Source: Amphiscolops sp. MND2022 (lineage: Eukaryota). Taken from it: a stretch of DNA of 64,000 bases. The stretch's first letter is position 1. Each line of letters starts with the position of its first letter. Below are positions 42,230 to 55,500 of the stretch, piece after piece. The DNA lies in NCBI GenBank assembly GCA_964187785.1, contig OZ076409.1, positions 82,276,001 to 82,340,000 of the forward strand. Reading direction: 5' to 3'. Both the position numbers and the translations under genes were made by a program. The notes below the pieces were generated by a model, which was not told the origin of the DNA, searched no databases, and worked only from the letters and a program-made list of their open reading frames with translations.

Positions 42230-45200
42230 ACAGGAGCTAGTTTGATCACTGGGCGTACAAGGTTACCAGATGCCGTTCTGACTTCAGCAGACCTGGCGAC
42301 GGCGTCTGTGCCGAAGTTAAGCTTTACGACACGAGCGAGTGGATAGTGCCCTCTAGGTGAGGTCGGTTCAACAATCCACACGAGATCTCCGGTCTTAAGA
42401 TCTGTTTGGGTGCGATGACCACTTCGAACGGCGGTTCAGAATGGGAACGTATTCTCTTAGCCACCTGTTCCATATTGTATCGGAATAAGCTTGCGCTCGA
42501 GCGTAACGCTTGCGATGGTCGATGTCTGCACGCTGATGCGAAGGCAGTACTGACCTTGAAGTTCCATGTAGAAAATGATTTGGAGTTAAGGCGTCCAAAT
42601 CGGTTGCATCTGCACTAGCAGGTACTAACGGTCGTGCATTCAAACTTTGTTCCACGAGGCAGAACGTAGTTGCAAGGATTTCGTCTGTCAGACGTCTATT
42701 TCCGATGACAGCGTAGAACACGTGCTTTAAACTACGTAATAAACGTTCCCATACACCTCCATGGTGCGGAGCACTGGGTGGGTTAAATTTCCATTGGATT
42801 CCTTTCTTGACAAGTGATTCAGTGAGGACTTGTTGATTCCAGTTTCTGACGTTCTGTAACAGTTCTTTGTCACTTGCAACAAAGTTAGTGCCGTTGTCGG
42901 ACCAGAGAACTGACGGAGTGCCTCGTCGGGCAGCAAATCGTTTAATTCCCATCACACAACTACTAGTGTCCATTGACGGCACAACTTCAAAATGGACGGC
43001 TCGAGTAGTCAGGCAAGTGAAAAGGAATCCCCAGCGTTTCTCAGTAGAACGTTTCACGGACACGTAGAAGGGACCAAAGTAGTCGATTCCTGTGTTGCGG
43101 AATGGAGGTTCTCTGTATGCAAGTCTTTCCCGGGGAAGATCGGACATCATGGGAGCTAACGTCTCAGCCTTGCGCTTACGACAAGTGATGCACCTGGATA
43201 CAATTGATCTCAAGGTTTCAATTGGTCTCAATTTGACGATTGCGTTTTCCTGCTGGATCAAAGCCCTTAGGTATTCAACACCCCGGTGGCATTGGTTGAT
43301 ATGAAAGTTCTCCAGGAACAGTCGAACTAAAGGATGACGGCTATCTAGTAAAATTGGGTGTTTCATGTCAAACGAGGCAACATCTAGCTGTTTTGTGCGA
43401 CCAGAAGCTGGCAATAAACCATTAGGTCCAATGAAAGGGGAAAATTCAACAATTTTAGAAGACTTGCTGAGGGGGAGTGACTTCAACAAGCATTTCTTTT
43501 CAGTGTTAAAAGACTCGAGTTGTACCAGATGGAACAATCTCTGTTGGGCATTGTCGAGCTCAGTTGGGTCTGTAATAAATCCAGTGTCAGTGCGCTTGGA
43601 TTCGTTCTTGAGAAGGAGTCGCAACATGTAAGCCGCAATGCGCAGAAGCTTCTCGTACGAACTGTACTTCTGCCATTTGAAAGTTGTTGCAATTTCGGTT
43701 ACTGTTGCGGTGATTGTAGTACACTGATGTTCTTTGGTTTTGATAACTTTATTGGAATCAGCGCTTTATCGAGCTTCACTTTTTGACCAAATTCTTCTGG
43801 GAGTTTGAAAGGGAAGTCGGATGTTTTTAGAAAGTCTGGTCCTGTCAGCCAACAACAGTTCAAAAGATCAGTTGCAGACATTCCACGTGTGCCTGCATCA
43901 GCTGGATGGTGAGCTGTAGGGACGTAAGGCCACTCATCAACAGTTGTTAAGTCTAGAATCTCGCATACTCGGTTCGCAACAAAGGTGGGTTGCTTTTCCA
44001 AAGAAGTTAACCACTGAAGCACAGTTGAACTATCGCTCCACATGAAAGTTCTGTCTATCTTCAAAGACAGTGCACGGAGGACTTCGGCGCGAAGTCGTGC
44101 TGCAAGTAATGCGGCTTGTAGCTCCAACTTTGGAACAGTTAGTGCCTTCATAGGAGCCACTCTTGCTTTTCCAAAGACGAAAGCCAGCTGTGTCACGACA
44201 TCGTGGTCATTTACTAGTTTTCCTCCCAAGAAAGCGACAGCGCTGAAAGCATCTTGTGAGCTATCACCAAACACGTGCAGCTCAATTGTTTCAACCGTTT
44301 GACAGAAGTAACTTCTTGGTATGTTAATTTCATTCAAACTTGACAATTCTTTGCTCCATTCCAAGAACTTTGTTACAATATCGTCTGGCAAGTTGTCGTC
44401 CCACTGCTGGCCACTGAGCCTCCAAATTTCTTTCAAAAGCAGGCGCGCTTTGATGGTGAACGGCGCGACGAGACCAATTGGGTCGTATACAGCGGATACC
44501 AAACTCAGAACAACCCTTTGAGTGACATTTCGGTCGGTGTTTGGACTTGTTCCTCTGCTAACAACTAGGGTGTCTGTTGAGTGATTCCATTTCATCCCAA
44601 GAACGTGCGAGAACTTCTTCGCAGTCGGAATCTCTTTCTCTTCCGTGATTCTGGTGTCGCTGTTCGGATCTACTTCGATGGGGATGCTTGGTACATTAGA
44701 CACGAACTTTGTCAGTTTAAACCCTCCCAAAGCAAGCATTTTAACAAGATCCTTCGCTTTGTTTGAGGCTTCGATAGCTGTTGGACTTGATTCGAGGTAA
44801 TCGTCCATATAAAAGTTGTTGTGGACGCTTCGTGCTGCATCTGGAAAGTTGGCTTGGTTATCTGTGGCAGTTCGTTTCAGTGCGTAGTTAGCGCATGTTG
44901 GCGAATCTTTAGAGCCGAAAATATGCCGAACATACTCGAAAACAGCAACTTCAGCTGCTGGGTGCTACCGCCACAGAAATCGAAGTGATGGTCTGTCACG
45001 TGGGATAACTCCAACTTGGAGAAACATTCCTTCGATGTCTACCGATACAGCAAAAGGATATTGACGGAAACGGAAAAGAATGTGGATTAGGCTCTGTAGC
45101 AAATCTGGTCCTGTTAGAAGAGCACTGTTCAAGGACTGACCATGAAATTTTGCTGCTCCATTAAGAACCCTACGGACTTTGCCAGGCTTGTGAGGATGTA

Positions 45201-48200
45201 CGACCGGATGGTGCGGTAAATACCATTCCCGAGGCTGGTCTACTTTAAAACAATCAGTTTTGTCCACTTGAACAATATAGCCTTTCGAGAAGTCGTCGCT
45301 AATTGTTTTCGTGTAACTGGCTTTCAAATCAGCATCTTTTTGAAGACGGCGCTCTAGCGATTTCAGTTGAATAAGTGCAGAAAAATAATTGTTCGGTAAA
45401 CAACTTTCGTCGTCGGCCCACAACTTACCCACTTGGTATCAGGACCCATGGTATGTTGTTTCATCAAGCGTCTTTGTCGCTCTCGCGTCGGTTGCGGAAC
45501 GGGAATCCACTTGTTTGTACGCGCCGTACAACTCAATGTCGTACCAGCTTCGGAGTCGTTCAGAGAGTGTACAATCGTGCTCTTTCTGAGTAACAGCTTT
45601 AAAGCATGTCGAAAATAGACCTGTGGTCGACGGAGGGGGTCCACTCAGTACCCAGCCCAACGGTAAACGGACGGCAACTGGGGTATTTCGTCGGTCGGAT
45701 TCGAAATACTCCAGTGGGCGGATAGCGTGGAAAACGTCCTGACCAAGATTCATTTTCACATCTGTGTAGCGGTATTTGCTAAGAGCGATTGGTTCTAAGT
45801 GTGGATAGCGAGTCTTCAAGTCATCTACGTCAATCACATCATTACCAATAGTCAATTGATCTCGCACATAAGGTTTGACAGTAAAGGAGGAGCAAGAGCC
45901 ACCCGAATGAACCGGTGTCAATTTTTTGAGTGTCACTCGACCATTTGAGTGTCAACAACCTTATTGGAGTTAATTCTATGTACAGTCAGTTTGGTCGGCG
46001 TGCCGCGCACGTCAAGTTTGTCAGCTAGCTCGGAGGGAGTTCAAGAATGGCTACACGCTGAGTCGCACAAAACTAAGACCTTTGCAGATTTCTCTGAATT
46101 TTTCACTTCCACTTCCGTTATTTGCAATAATCCTTTTACGTCAGAGACGGAAGGCAGGCATGAAGTGACTTCGCGCTTTTTTTGGTTCGCTGTCGTTACG
46201 CTACAAGTAGTTGTTTCACCGTTGCTCTCTTTTCCAGATTCAGGTTTCTTCGGGAAAATCCTCTCAGCTCCATGTAGGAAAGTGTTGTGCGTACTTCCAC
46301 AACCATCTTTGGTGCACTTCCGGGGCTGTGGGAATGTTGTCCATTAAAACATGAGAAGCAAAGTTTGTTCTCGGCAACAACTTTTGCCCGTTCCGTTGGA
46401 GACTTCTTTCGGAATATGTGACATCGCCACAACGGATGTTCATCTTTGCAAACTACACAACTAACTTGGGTTTTCTGGGTAGACGACTTGTTTGTCATGA
46501 TACTTTTAGTGGAAGTTGTTGTTGCAGCGAAAACTTTAGAATTGGTCTTGGTTTTCATCACGTTTCCGGTTGGAGTTTTTTCAACTTTGGGTATTCCTGA
46601 GGAAGCTTTCATCCTCTCGTGAGCTTCTGTTTTGTCCTTCAGCCAATCGTTGAAGTCAATCAGAGTCGGTCGGACCAAATCGCGTTTCACTGTATGCATT
46701 GACCACCCTTCTTTCAAGTTCGGCGGAAGCTTTTGGACCGCTTGACCGAACAGTGAAGCACTCGAAAGATCTTGAACGTAGTTCAAAGATCTGAAAACAC
46801 CAACCAAGGAACCAATTGTAGCTGCATAACTTATGATGTTTTCGCTATTATGCATTTTCACCGGTGGAACATTCGCTAATTTGTCCAAGTAGGCACTGAC
46901 CACTGCCTGTGGTTGGCCGAATTTCCTTTCCAGAGTCTTCAGTGCGTCCTTGTACATTGTCCCGCAGTACGCGAACTCAGCAATGGCCGTTTTTGCTTTC
47001 CCCGTAACAAGCGTCTTCAAATATGTAAGCTTCACGTCGTCTGTGAGTGGAGATGAGTCAATGGCACTCTTGAACTGGCCAAACCACTCATGCCATTGAA
47101 GAGAGTCGCCATTAAACTGGGCCAGTTTCCACTCTGGGAGATGGTCTTTCTTCGTCGATGACAAAAGTTGTGCAAGGTCTTGCATTGTGAAGCTGTTTAC
47201 AGACGGTTGGGGCAAAGTAAACGAACTTGCAGGTAAAAAGGAAGGACAGTAACACTGGGAAACGTTGTTGAAGTTTGAGGTACACTACAGCTTACTGCCG
47301 ATGTCGCCATGGCAGTCGGTTGCACGTAGAAAACGGTTCCTCCACTTGATATTGGGAAAACGGGTGCTGTAGATAAAGCACTATTGTTGGCGGGGGGTTG
47401 AAGTGGGAAGTGGCACCATCGGGGTGACCGTCGAATGTTGTGCAGTTTTGACGACCGGAAAACTCCAGGCTGACAAGTTAGGTAAAACGTGGTTCATCGG
47501 CAGTGTGACTATCGGATTAGCTCGAGGTTGAGCTATTGTTGGAGCTGAAGCGATACTTGTTCAAGGCCAAGGATGCGGCAAAATGCTAGTATTGTTCAAC
47601 AACAAACCTGCAGCAGCTGAGCTAGTAGCGATTAAACCAGTTTGACCGGGCAAAACCTGAGACTGGCCAGGTAAACCAACGTTCATGTTGATAGGTCGGT
47701 TTAATGGCTCAGTTGTTGCAAGCGACAAAGGAGACTGTACTGTGGTATTTTCCCTTTGGGATGGTATAGTATGTTGCACTGTACCAAATGTAGGCAATGA
47801 ACCAACAGCGTTTTCGTTTGATGAAGATGCAGCTATGGGTAACGACCGCGTAGCAACGGTCGGTTCCTGATTCGATCCAACATCTGGTGCTTCAGGAGCA
47901 CGCTGATTGGTTGCAGATGTCAGAGTGGGAGAATTATTAACCCAGTCATTAACTCTGGTTGACTGATGTCCATGACTTTCCTTACTCAACTGTGATAACG
48001 TCTCCTGGAATTCTTCGTTTGTCTCCGACAGGTCATCTTGAAGTTCTAATTCAATCAGTGTTGCCTCGGCAAGTTTTTTGCGGTTCTCTTCCTGCACCTC
48101 GGCGACTCTAAGTGCAAGTTCTTCCCTGAGACGCTCTTGTTCTTGATGCATTCTTTTGAGTTCAAGATTTTGTTTTTGCTGAGTTAGGTGGAGTGCGGCT

Positions 48201-48709
48201 TCATTTTGCTTCTCAATTTCTTCAAGCCTTTGCTTGGCGAGAAGTAGCTCTTTCTGTCTTTGACTCGACGTCTTAGATCGAAGAGAGCTAGAAACTTTAC
48301 TGGACTTCGTCTTTTGCGTCGAAGGAGTTGGTGAAGTTTGCGAAGCGTTGTCTGTTTTCGAACAATTATCCAGATTTTCGCGAGCTTTTTTCAGTACTTC
48401 ATCGTTTTTGACCGCAACGTCGTTCAACCACTTTTCTAAGTCCGGCTTTACTGCCTCTGGGTTGGTTGATTTGTTGGCTAGTTCAAGGAGTTGTTCGTTT
48501 TTTGCAAAGGCTTTAGTTATAGCTTCCTCACACGAGGTGACTAATCGATCAATGCGAACACGTCGTTCGGCACTTCCAATGGCGTCAATGAGCTTTTGTT
48601 GGATCTTGTTGAGCTCTGTATCGGCTTTAGCGCGACTATCATGCAGCTTGGTGACTTTGTCTTGCATCCTATCAGTCATTGAATGTTTTCTTTTCGTTTT
48701 TTGGATCAA
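42230..48709 (-). pseudogene. BEL/Pao gag-pol broken by frameshifts and stops
   Basis: Coiled-coil N-terminus; DUF1759-type Gag (FNGDSLQWHEW...KLTYLK) with CVVC...H...C knuckles; protease LCDSACS; RT WYLPHH...DIEGMF...YMDD; RNase H LHVFGDSS...WSDS; integrase GIDYFGP...SDNGTNF...GGVWERL. Confidence 0.93.
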
Positions 48710-49094
48710 AATAGTGTGTTATTAGGACACGGATTGTATCGTTCTCAGCGCTAAATTTTGTTCGAAACAGTAGAATCAATTCCAGAACATCAACCAGGCA
48801 ACTAAGTCTGGACACAGTTCTGAAAATCAACTATGCTGTTATCAATTATTGAAAATTCGACAGTAACAATCCAAAAAAAACGCTGAAACAAATTGTTTTG
48901 GAGGATGTTGCGGTTGGAAGACGGTTAATTTGTTTGTTTTGGGGTAAAAGTAGGTACTAAGGAACTACGAGGGCGGTACAAGACGGAAGTAGCGCATAAC
49001 ACTCATTGACGGTAGTAAAGAAGTTGTTTTGAACGTCAACCGGACAGTCATGTCCGGACACAGTCCAAAACTTTGGAAAAAAGTTGTTGCGACT

Positions 49095-49754
49095 TCAACC
49101 TGACAATGAAGTCTGGACACTGACACAACAAAAAGGCGTTTCGGAGGAAGAAATTTCACTCTGATTTGAAGCAGCGTTCTTCAAAGCTTTACGGGCACGT
49201 TTACTTGGTCGCTTAGGGCGACTTTTGGCTGTAATCTGGGCTAGATCGGTTTCGTTTCGGAGAATGATGTCCAAATGTTTAAGTTCAAACTCAGGTCTCT
49301 GGTGTATTGCCTTCAATTCATTCAAAATTTGCGGGTCATTTTGTTTTCTTGTCGAAAAGAAATCGGTTTCAATTCTGAAAACAGGAACATGTTGCGTTTT
49401 TAGAACATCAGAAATATCGGGCGTTCGAATTCGGTGGCAATACACAAGAGCCCGGAGTTTGTTTTCTAGAGTTTTCAAAATTTCTAGCAACTCAGAAACA
49501 GACAGTGCTCGAAAATTGTTGCTTTTATGTTTTGACAAGCTATTATTCAGCACATCATGCCAGATAACAATCTCAGTTTTTTCCGCGAAATCTTTGTTCA
49601 ACAAATTTTGAACGCTTTTTTGTGGGTTTTTTGCGTGATTATTCAAACTAAGGCCCGGTATCGTGTAAATTGTTTCGTTGAAGGCTTTTCTTTTTTCGGG
49701 GGTTAATATATCAAGAGCGTGATGCAACGAGATCGCGCCCAAAATAAACACCAT
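49095..49754 (-). CDS. Extra 219-aa ORF upstream of BEL gag, possibly SGNH/GDSL-hydrolase-like fold
   Basis: Intact ATG ORF inside the element. VFILGAIS, IPGLSL and IVIWHDVLNNS are spaced like SGNH blocks I-III; basic C-terminal tail. The fold assignment is inference only. Confidence 0.55.
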   Translation of the reverse strand: MVFILGAISLHHALDILTPEKRKAFNETIYTIPGLSLNNHAKNPQKSVQNLLNKDFAEKTEIVIWHDVLNNSLSKHKSNNFRALSVSELLEILKTLENKLRALVYCHRIRTPDISDVLKTQHVPVFRIETDFFSTRKQNDPQILNELKAIHQRPEFELKHLDIILRNETDLAQITAKSRPKRPSKRARKALKNAASNQSEISSSETPFCCVSVQTSLSG

Positions 49755-52557
49755 TACATTTTACAATATAATAATTTCTTTTTACACAGTGCAAAAGGCA
49801 AAAAAATTCGCTCAGAAGGAGGTTTTTTTTAGGCTCGAATCAACTTCTAATAATGATAAGAATGTTAGGTTATATTAACGAATTTTCACAAAAGCCTTGC
49901 TATGAATGAAGCACCAAATCAATAGTTTTGAAAGTTTTTTCTTTCAAAGGCCTCGCTCTTGCTGTTGAAAAAGTAGCGATCTCACAAATGACATCACAAA
50001 GTAAAATTATATTTAATGTTTTTTGTTTTCAACATAACCGTTTTGCACCAAGACAGTAATTCAGAACAAATTTGAGATGTATGGACCCTGTCACTGATCT
50101 GCAATCTGAACTTCGAAGGTCTCGTCATGGAATGGAGCCCCTGTCATTACTCCCCGGCTGCCTCGTGACGAATGGGGTCGTCCCCCTGCTGCCCGTCTCC
50201 ACTAAAGGTTGTCACCTGCTGGGAATATGGGGTCTCTCCCTGTGGCTATGACGAGTTATGACTGGTATGACGGTTATGACGAGTTATGACGGAGTGAGAT
50301 TTAAATGACGACGGAAGAAAGGCCTCTCAATGGCCACCATTTTAAATCCTTAGTTTTCGATAACTAAGGTCCGGATACAAAGACTAACAGAACAAAATTT
50401 ATTGAACTCGCAATAAATTATTTTGGGATATTGTAGAGTTTTGAAGATCAAGATAACAATGAATTGAATGAGAAAATTATCACCGCCAAAACCAAAACTT
50501 GATCACAAAACATGAGAATATGAGTCACCTTTTAATCTGAATAGCAAGGCCTTTTCGATAGTATTTTTCAATGTAATTTTACCAAAATCGGAGAAATATT
50601 TCCAAAATATGAAATATTAGTTTGTTTTAAGTTAACGATATTGCTACCGCAACACAGATGTCTGCCAAAAAACTGTCTGATGTTGAAATTTTGAATTCTG
50701 TTGAAAAAAATGGGATTTTTGAATTCTCATGATGCTTATACCTGATTATCATTTACAATTTACTTTCGGGTATCAAATTCGTTTTCGGCCAGTTTCGTCA
50801 GGTTTTAAAAATGTTCAAAACTATCGGGTCGTGTTTGGATTTTTGAAACGGAGTCAGGACGGGCTTCGGGCAGGAAATCATGACCCGGTTCAACTCTGAT
50901 GGTCATTGTATGACTTGAATGATTTCCATTGAATTCTAGAATGAAACTGACTAAATTTCTTAGAATCTTTTTGAATAGCTATGGCGCTCGGCTGTAGCAC
51001 CATACATGTGTTACCAACCTGTGGAATTTTTCCCCTAATTTTAACTCTTTTGTTACCGTATCCTTTTTTCAGGAAACTTCGTGTTTCGTTCGAAATCAAT
51101 CCTCAATAAATCAAAAGTAGATGTCAGAAGTTGGCGAGATGATGATTTTAACACATTTTCACTTGAAGTTGGTTCATAGTTTTAAGGAGTAGCCAACAAG
51201 CTCATTAACGTAAGAGTGAAATAACTTCGTTACGCAGATTAGCTATATATGGAAAACATTCAGTCCATAAAATGAACATCCTCTGGCCATTGTATGATTT
51301 GAATGTTTTTATGGTCCGTGTTTAAATCAACCCGTGACGACAACTCATAAAATCCCATACATCATTTGATTTAATGCTTAAATGACAAGTGCAATTGAAT
51401 TTAAAAAATTAGGCTTGGTGACATTTAATAGCATCAGATAACATGCCTACCTATTATTACCTTCACACTCTTTTTCCGTCTCAAAAATATATATTTATTT
51501 CTATGAAGTCTAGTCTTAATTCGTGCCCAGCATTTCTGCACAAGAACTTTGGGTATTTTTTGGTGGTCAATTTAGGGGCCTATTCCTAAAGTTAGACGGA
51601 ACAACGTCCAAAGAAATATATCTAATGTCCGAAGCAAGTTGGAAGTCACGTCAACATTTATTGGAATTAAAGTTCGAAAGAATTGATCAGAAAACTGCAA
51701 ACCTATTGGAAAAATTATTGAACAACCCTGCCTTCCTCTTTCCGGGGCGCTTATGCTATTGTTCATAAGGTCCTGCTTATTTACGTAACACTTGATAATA
51801 AAAGGATATATCAACAGATTCAAGAGTGAACAGAAATATGTAAGAATATGCAAGATCTTGGCAAGAGTTCCAAGAGTTTTTACACTGGGTATACTGCAGT
51901 TTACTTTGTAAAGTTTATCTTGAACCAGATTTTCTTGGTACCTAGTCTCCATAGGCATCTGAAATTATTTGAACTGGATGAATTAAATTAACAGTACCTA
52001 TGTGAGTTGCAATGATGCAGCAGAATAGACGAATCATTTCAAAACAAAAGTTTTCAATAGGGAAAAGAAAATTGCAGGGTATCGAAGATGGAAAGACTTC
52101 AGAGAGCGAACTGCAAACTGGCTTTGAGCGAATTCCAGAAGCCGAGTGAGCGACAGAGATATTTGTTCGTTGATGACAGAGAAAGAGTGGGCGCTCTACG
52201 AACAAGTTATCTCAAAAATTGCTGCATCACCGAGCCAAACACAGGTTAACTAACCCATGCCGAGACTTTAATTGATTCCATCCATGGTACCTAAAGCCTA
52301 TCATAGTTTTTAAGCGCCCAGGAATGATAAGTCTACCTGTTAACAAAGTTTAGAGGAGAAGTGTTATCAAAGAGTTACCCGGCTCTTGGTTTACAAAGTT
52401 GACAGAGAACCTGTGAGACCCTTCAGATTTCATAGAAAAACTGAATTTATGTCTTTTCTTCCATTGATATAACCTACAATGCATCCTCACGTTATTATCA
52501 ATGAGGGGATGGGCTCTTTTCTGTTCCCCCCCCACCACCAAAATTTTTGAAAATAAC

Positions 52558-55500
52558 TGTTATAGCTATGCTGTCTCGAAGGAGAATCAAAACAATAGAG
52601 CTGTTAATACTGTATTGTATGTAGACCATGTGGCAAATGGCCGTTCTCACTTTTCTTGTGAGCACTCTTTTTGTTGGTAAACAACTTTAATAAAGTGTTA
52701 CACAACCAGTTTCTTTTTTCGTTTGAGTGTTCGAGAGTGCACTCTCTCACATCCCCCAGTTTATAGGTGATTGGACAATCAAGATTAATACAGATTTACA
52801 GCTTTTTGATGAACTAAAATTGTACATTAATTCGGTATAATCATACTAATGTACTCAGTTGAATTTGTTTACATGAATGGTATTTGTTATACCAGTTAAC
52901 TCAATTTAACTACAAGTAGCGCCAATAATATGGTAAATGTTTTTGCTGGTTCCTTATTGGTACCAGTTTTGAGTTTGTTGTCATGTCACCGTGAGGTGAC
53001 AGCTTCCTTGGAGTTGGCAACTCCTGGCTTATTGCTTTTCCGGGCTCTGGTCAATGTTGGTTATCATCACATTGTGGCCGTAGAATTCGGTTTTATTTCG
53101 GCTCCTTTCCCCCCTTCTTGGCTCAGCCCTTTCTTTTTCTGCCTTGGGTTGGTTCTGCTCATTCTTCTCTTCGTGCGCGGTAATTGTTTCTTCATTTTGC
53201 TTGTTCTTCTCTTCGTCTGCGGTGATTGTTTCTTCTTCAGTGTCTGAATTTTCGAATTGTTCCCAGATTGTGGGTCGTTTTTCGATTTTGTTTTTCTTTT
53301 GTTTTTGGTTTCTCTTCGCTATTTTCTCCTTGAACTGTTTCATTGCCGGCGCTTTCTTTTCGTTCTGTCTTTTGATTGGCTCGTGCGTGCGTTCAACTTC
53401 TGCATCTGGCGGTAAGCTTTGGTTGCTTGTCTCACTTCTATTTGCTTGCTCGCTTGTAGTTGGCAGCTCCACTATTTTCGTCTGCTTTCTCTTATCTGCC
53501 TCTTTTGAGCAGCATGGCTGGTCTTCGTTGTTGTATCCGATGTCTCTTTTTGACAGGACCGATGGATTATTGCTACCTGCGGGTAGGAACGTGATTGTGT
53601 GGTTCGACTGTTCTAAAAGCACGCCTTTTCTTTTCTTGAAGCTGCCTTCTAGCTTGCTTCCTCTGGCTCGTTCTCTTACTAGTATTGTTGAGTCTTGGCC
53701 ACTCTCGAAGTCCGTCTCTGTGAGGGGAAATTCTGGGTTTTCTGAAATGAATTTGTCACGGTTTATGACTAGTTTCTTTATCGTGTTCGGTTCTACTCCA
53801 GTGTATTTTTCAAACGGCGATTTTCCTGTTCTTGATGGGTTCATTCTCAAGGCAAATAATATTTCTGATAACCCAGACTTATCTCTCTTTACCACTATTT
53901 CCTTATTTGTTCTTAACCGTTCGTTTATTGTTCTTATCAGCCGTTCGATTTTTCCGTTTCCACGGTGATCGCTTATTGGGCACTCGATATGTTTTATCAG
54001 CCACTTGTTACAAAATTCCTTGAATTTTCTACTTCGAAAGATTGTGGCTGGGTCCGTCCTAATTATCTTGGGGATCCCGTGTCTTGATATATAGTTTCTC
54101 AAAAACTCTATTACATTGTCAGTTGTTGGCTTGCTTAAGAATTTTGCTTCTGGCCAACCTGAAAAATGATCTATTGAGACTAATAAATATTTTCTTGCAT
54201 GAATTGCATTTTGAAATGGGCCCGCGAAGTCTATTGCTATCTCTTGATTATTTTCGGAGCAACTAGGTAGTTTACCAACTTGTTTTTGCCTTAGTATAGT
54301 TTTAATATTCTTACCGGCGTTACAGCATTGGGGGCAGTTCTTTGCGATTGTTACTACTTCTCTGTGTAACTTCGGCCACCATACATTGCTGACTGTGGCG
54401 AGCATACTATCCCTACCGGGATGGCCATAATGCAGTGACCGCATAATAATTGGTCGCAATAATTTTGGAATGACGAGACGCTCGTCCATGTACATAAAGT
54501 CGTGGTCGTCTAAGCTAAGGCATCGAAACTTTTCGCGCCACGGTGTTGGCAGTCGATTTATTTTGGTTGCGTCTGGCTTTTTTATTAGCCCAATTACTTT
54601 TTGCAGAAACTCGTCGGATTCATATTGTGAGGCAAATGTAAAATTGCCCAGAGATTGCAGAACCTCGATTTGGTTCACCGAGTAGCATTGTGGCGTTTTT
54701 ATGGGTGGCTTGTTAGCCTCTTGTATTAGCTCGTCGCTCATTTGATCGCTGTCGCTGGAATTTGCTTTATTGTTAATCTGTTCGCTGTCGCTTGAATTCG
54801 CACTGTAATTGCTTTCTTGCGCGTTTGTTATGGTTGCTGCTATTTGTTTAATTGTTTGTTTATTTGCACTTGTTATCTCGCTCACTTTCTCCGCCTTCAC
54901 CTTCGCGTGCCGTTCGCTCGAAGTTGCCAACTTCTCGCTCATTGGCTGTTTTGCTTCTTCTCGTTGAATTCTATTGGCTGTGTCTAAAACAGAATTGGAT
55001 TGTTTAGTTATTTCATTAACGGTGAACCAATTGTGCCATAATTCCTCTGCTTTAATTTTGTTATCGTTACCCTTAATTTCCGACGGATGCCGAGACAAAT
55101 AATCAGCCATTCCCATTGTGCGTCCTGGGGCGTGGACTACCCTGAATTGGAATGGAAGTAGCCGATCCACCCACCTAGTAAGTCTCGACGAATATGTTTT
55201 ATTTCCTCTGTTACCTCTTAGTATAGTCGTTAGGGCTTTATGATCTGATACTACCTCGAATTCTGTGCCGTATACAAAATTTCGGAAATATTCCACGGCC
55301 CACACAACGGCCAACAATTCTAACTCGTTGATCGAGTATTTTTGTTCAAACTCCGTCAAAAATCTTGAAGCGTAGTGGGTCGTTTCCCAACCTTCTTCTT
55401 GTTCCTGTTGTAACATCGCCCCCAGCCCTTCTCTGCTAGCATCACATATAATTCTTAGGGGCAGGTCTCTTTTGAAGTGTTTCAGCTCGGTGATCTTTCG

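Larger units (their letters stand above)
41742..50654 (-). mobile_element. BEL/Pao LTR retrotransposon, full length, coding region disrupted
   Basis: 315-bp LTRs at 41742-42056 and 50340-50654 (about 6 differences). TSD CAGAT. PBS TGGTGGCC. PPT GGGCCCGGAGGA. Confidence 0.95.
41496..50898 (+). mobile_element. hAT DNA transposon deletion derivative (~485 bp) split by the BEL element
   Basis: TIRs CAGAGTTGGAACC and GGTTCAACTCTG, perfect 8-bp TSD ATGGTCAT, and subterminal CGGG(C/T) repeats. Removing BEL restores a hAT C-terminal dimerisation remnant, LSAVAKEIFSGKATSAQSEWDFSQAVLFRTARRSQ|MSAKKL. Confidence 0.88.

Noticed and set aside
51500..52500. Broken minus-strand ORFs with hydrophobic stretches (possible membrane-protein pseudogene)
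   Set aside because: Many stops and frameshifts and no motif I can recognise with confidence; needs a translated homology search.
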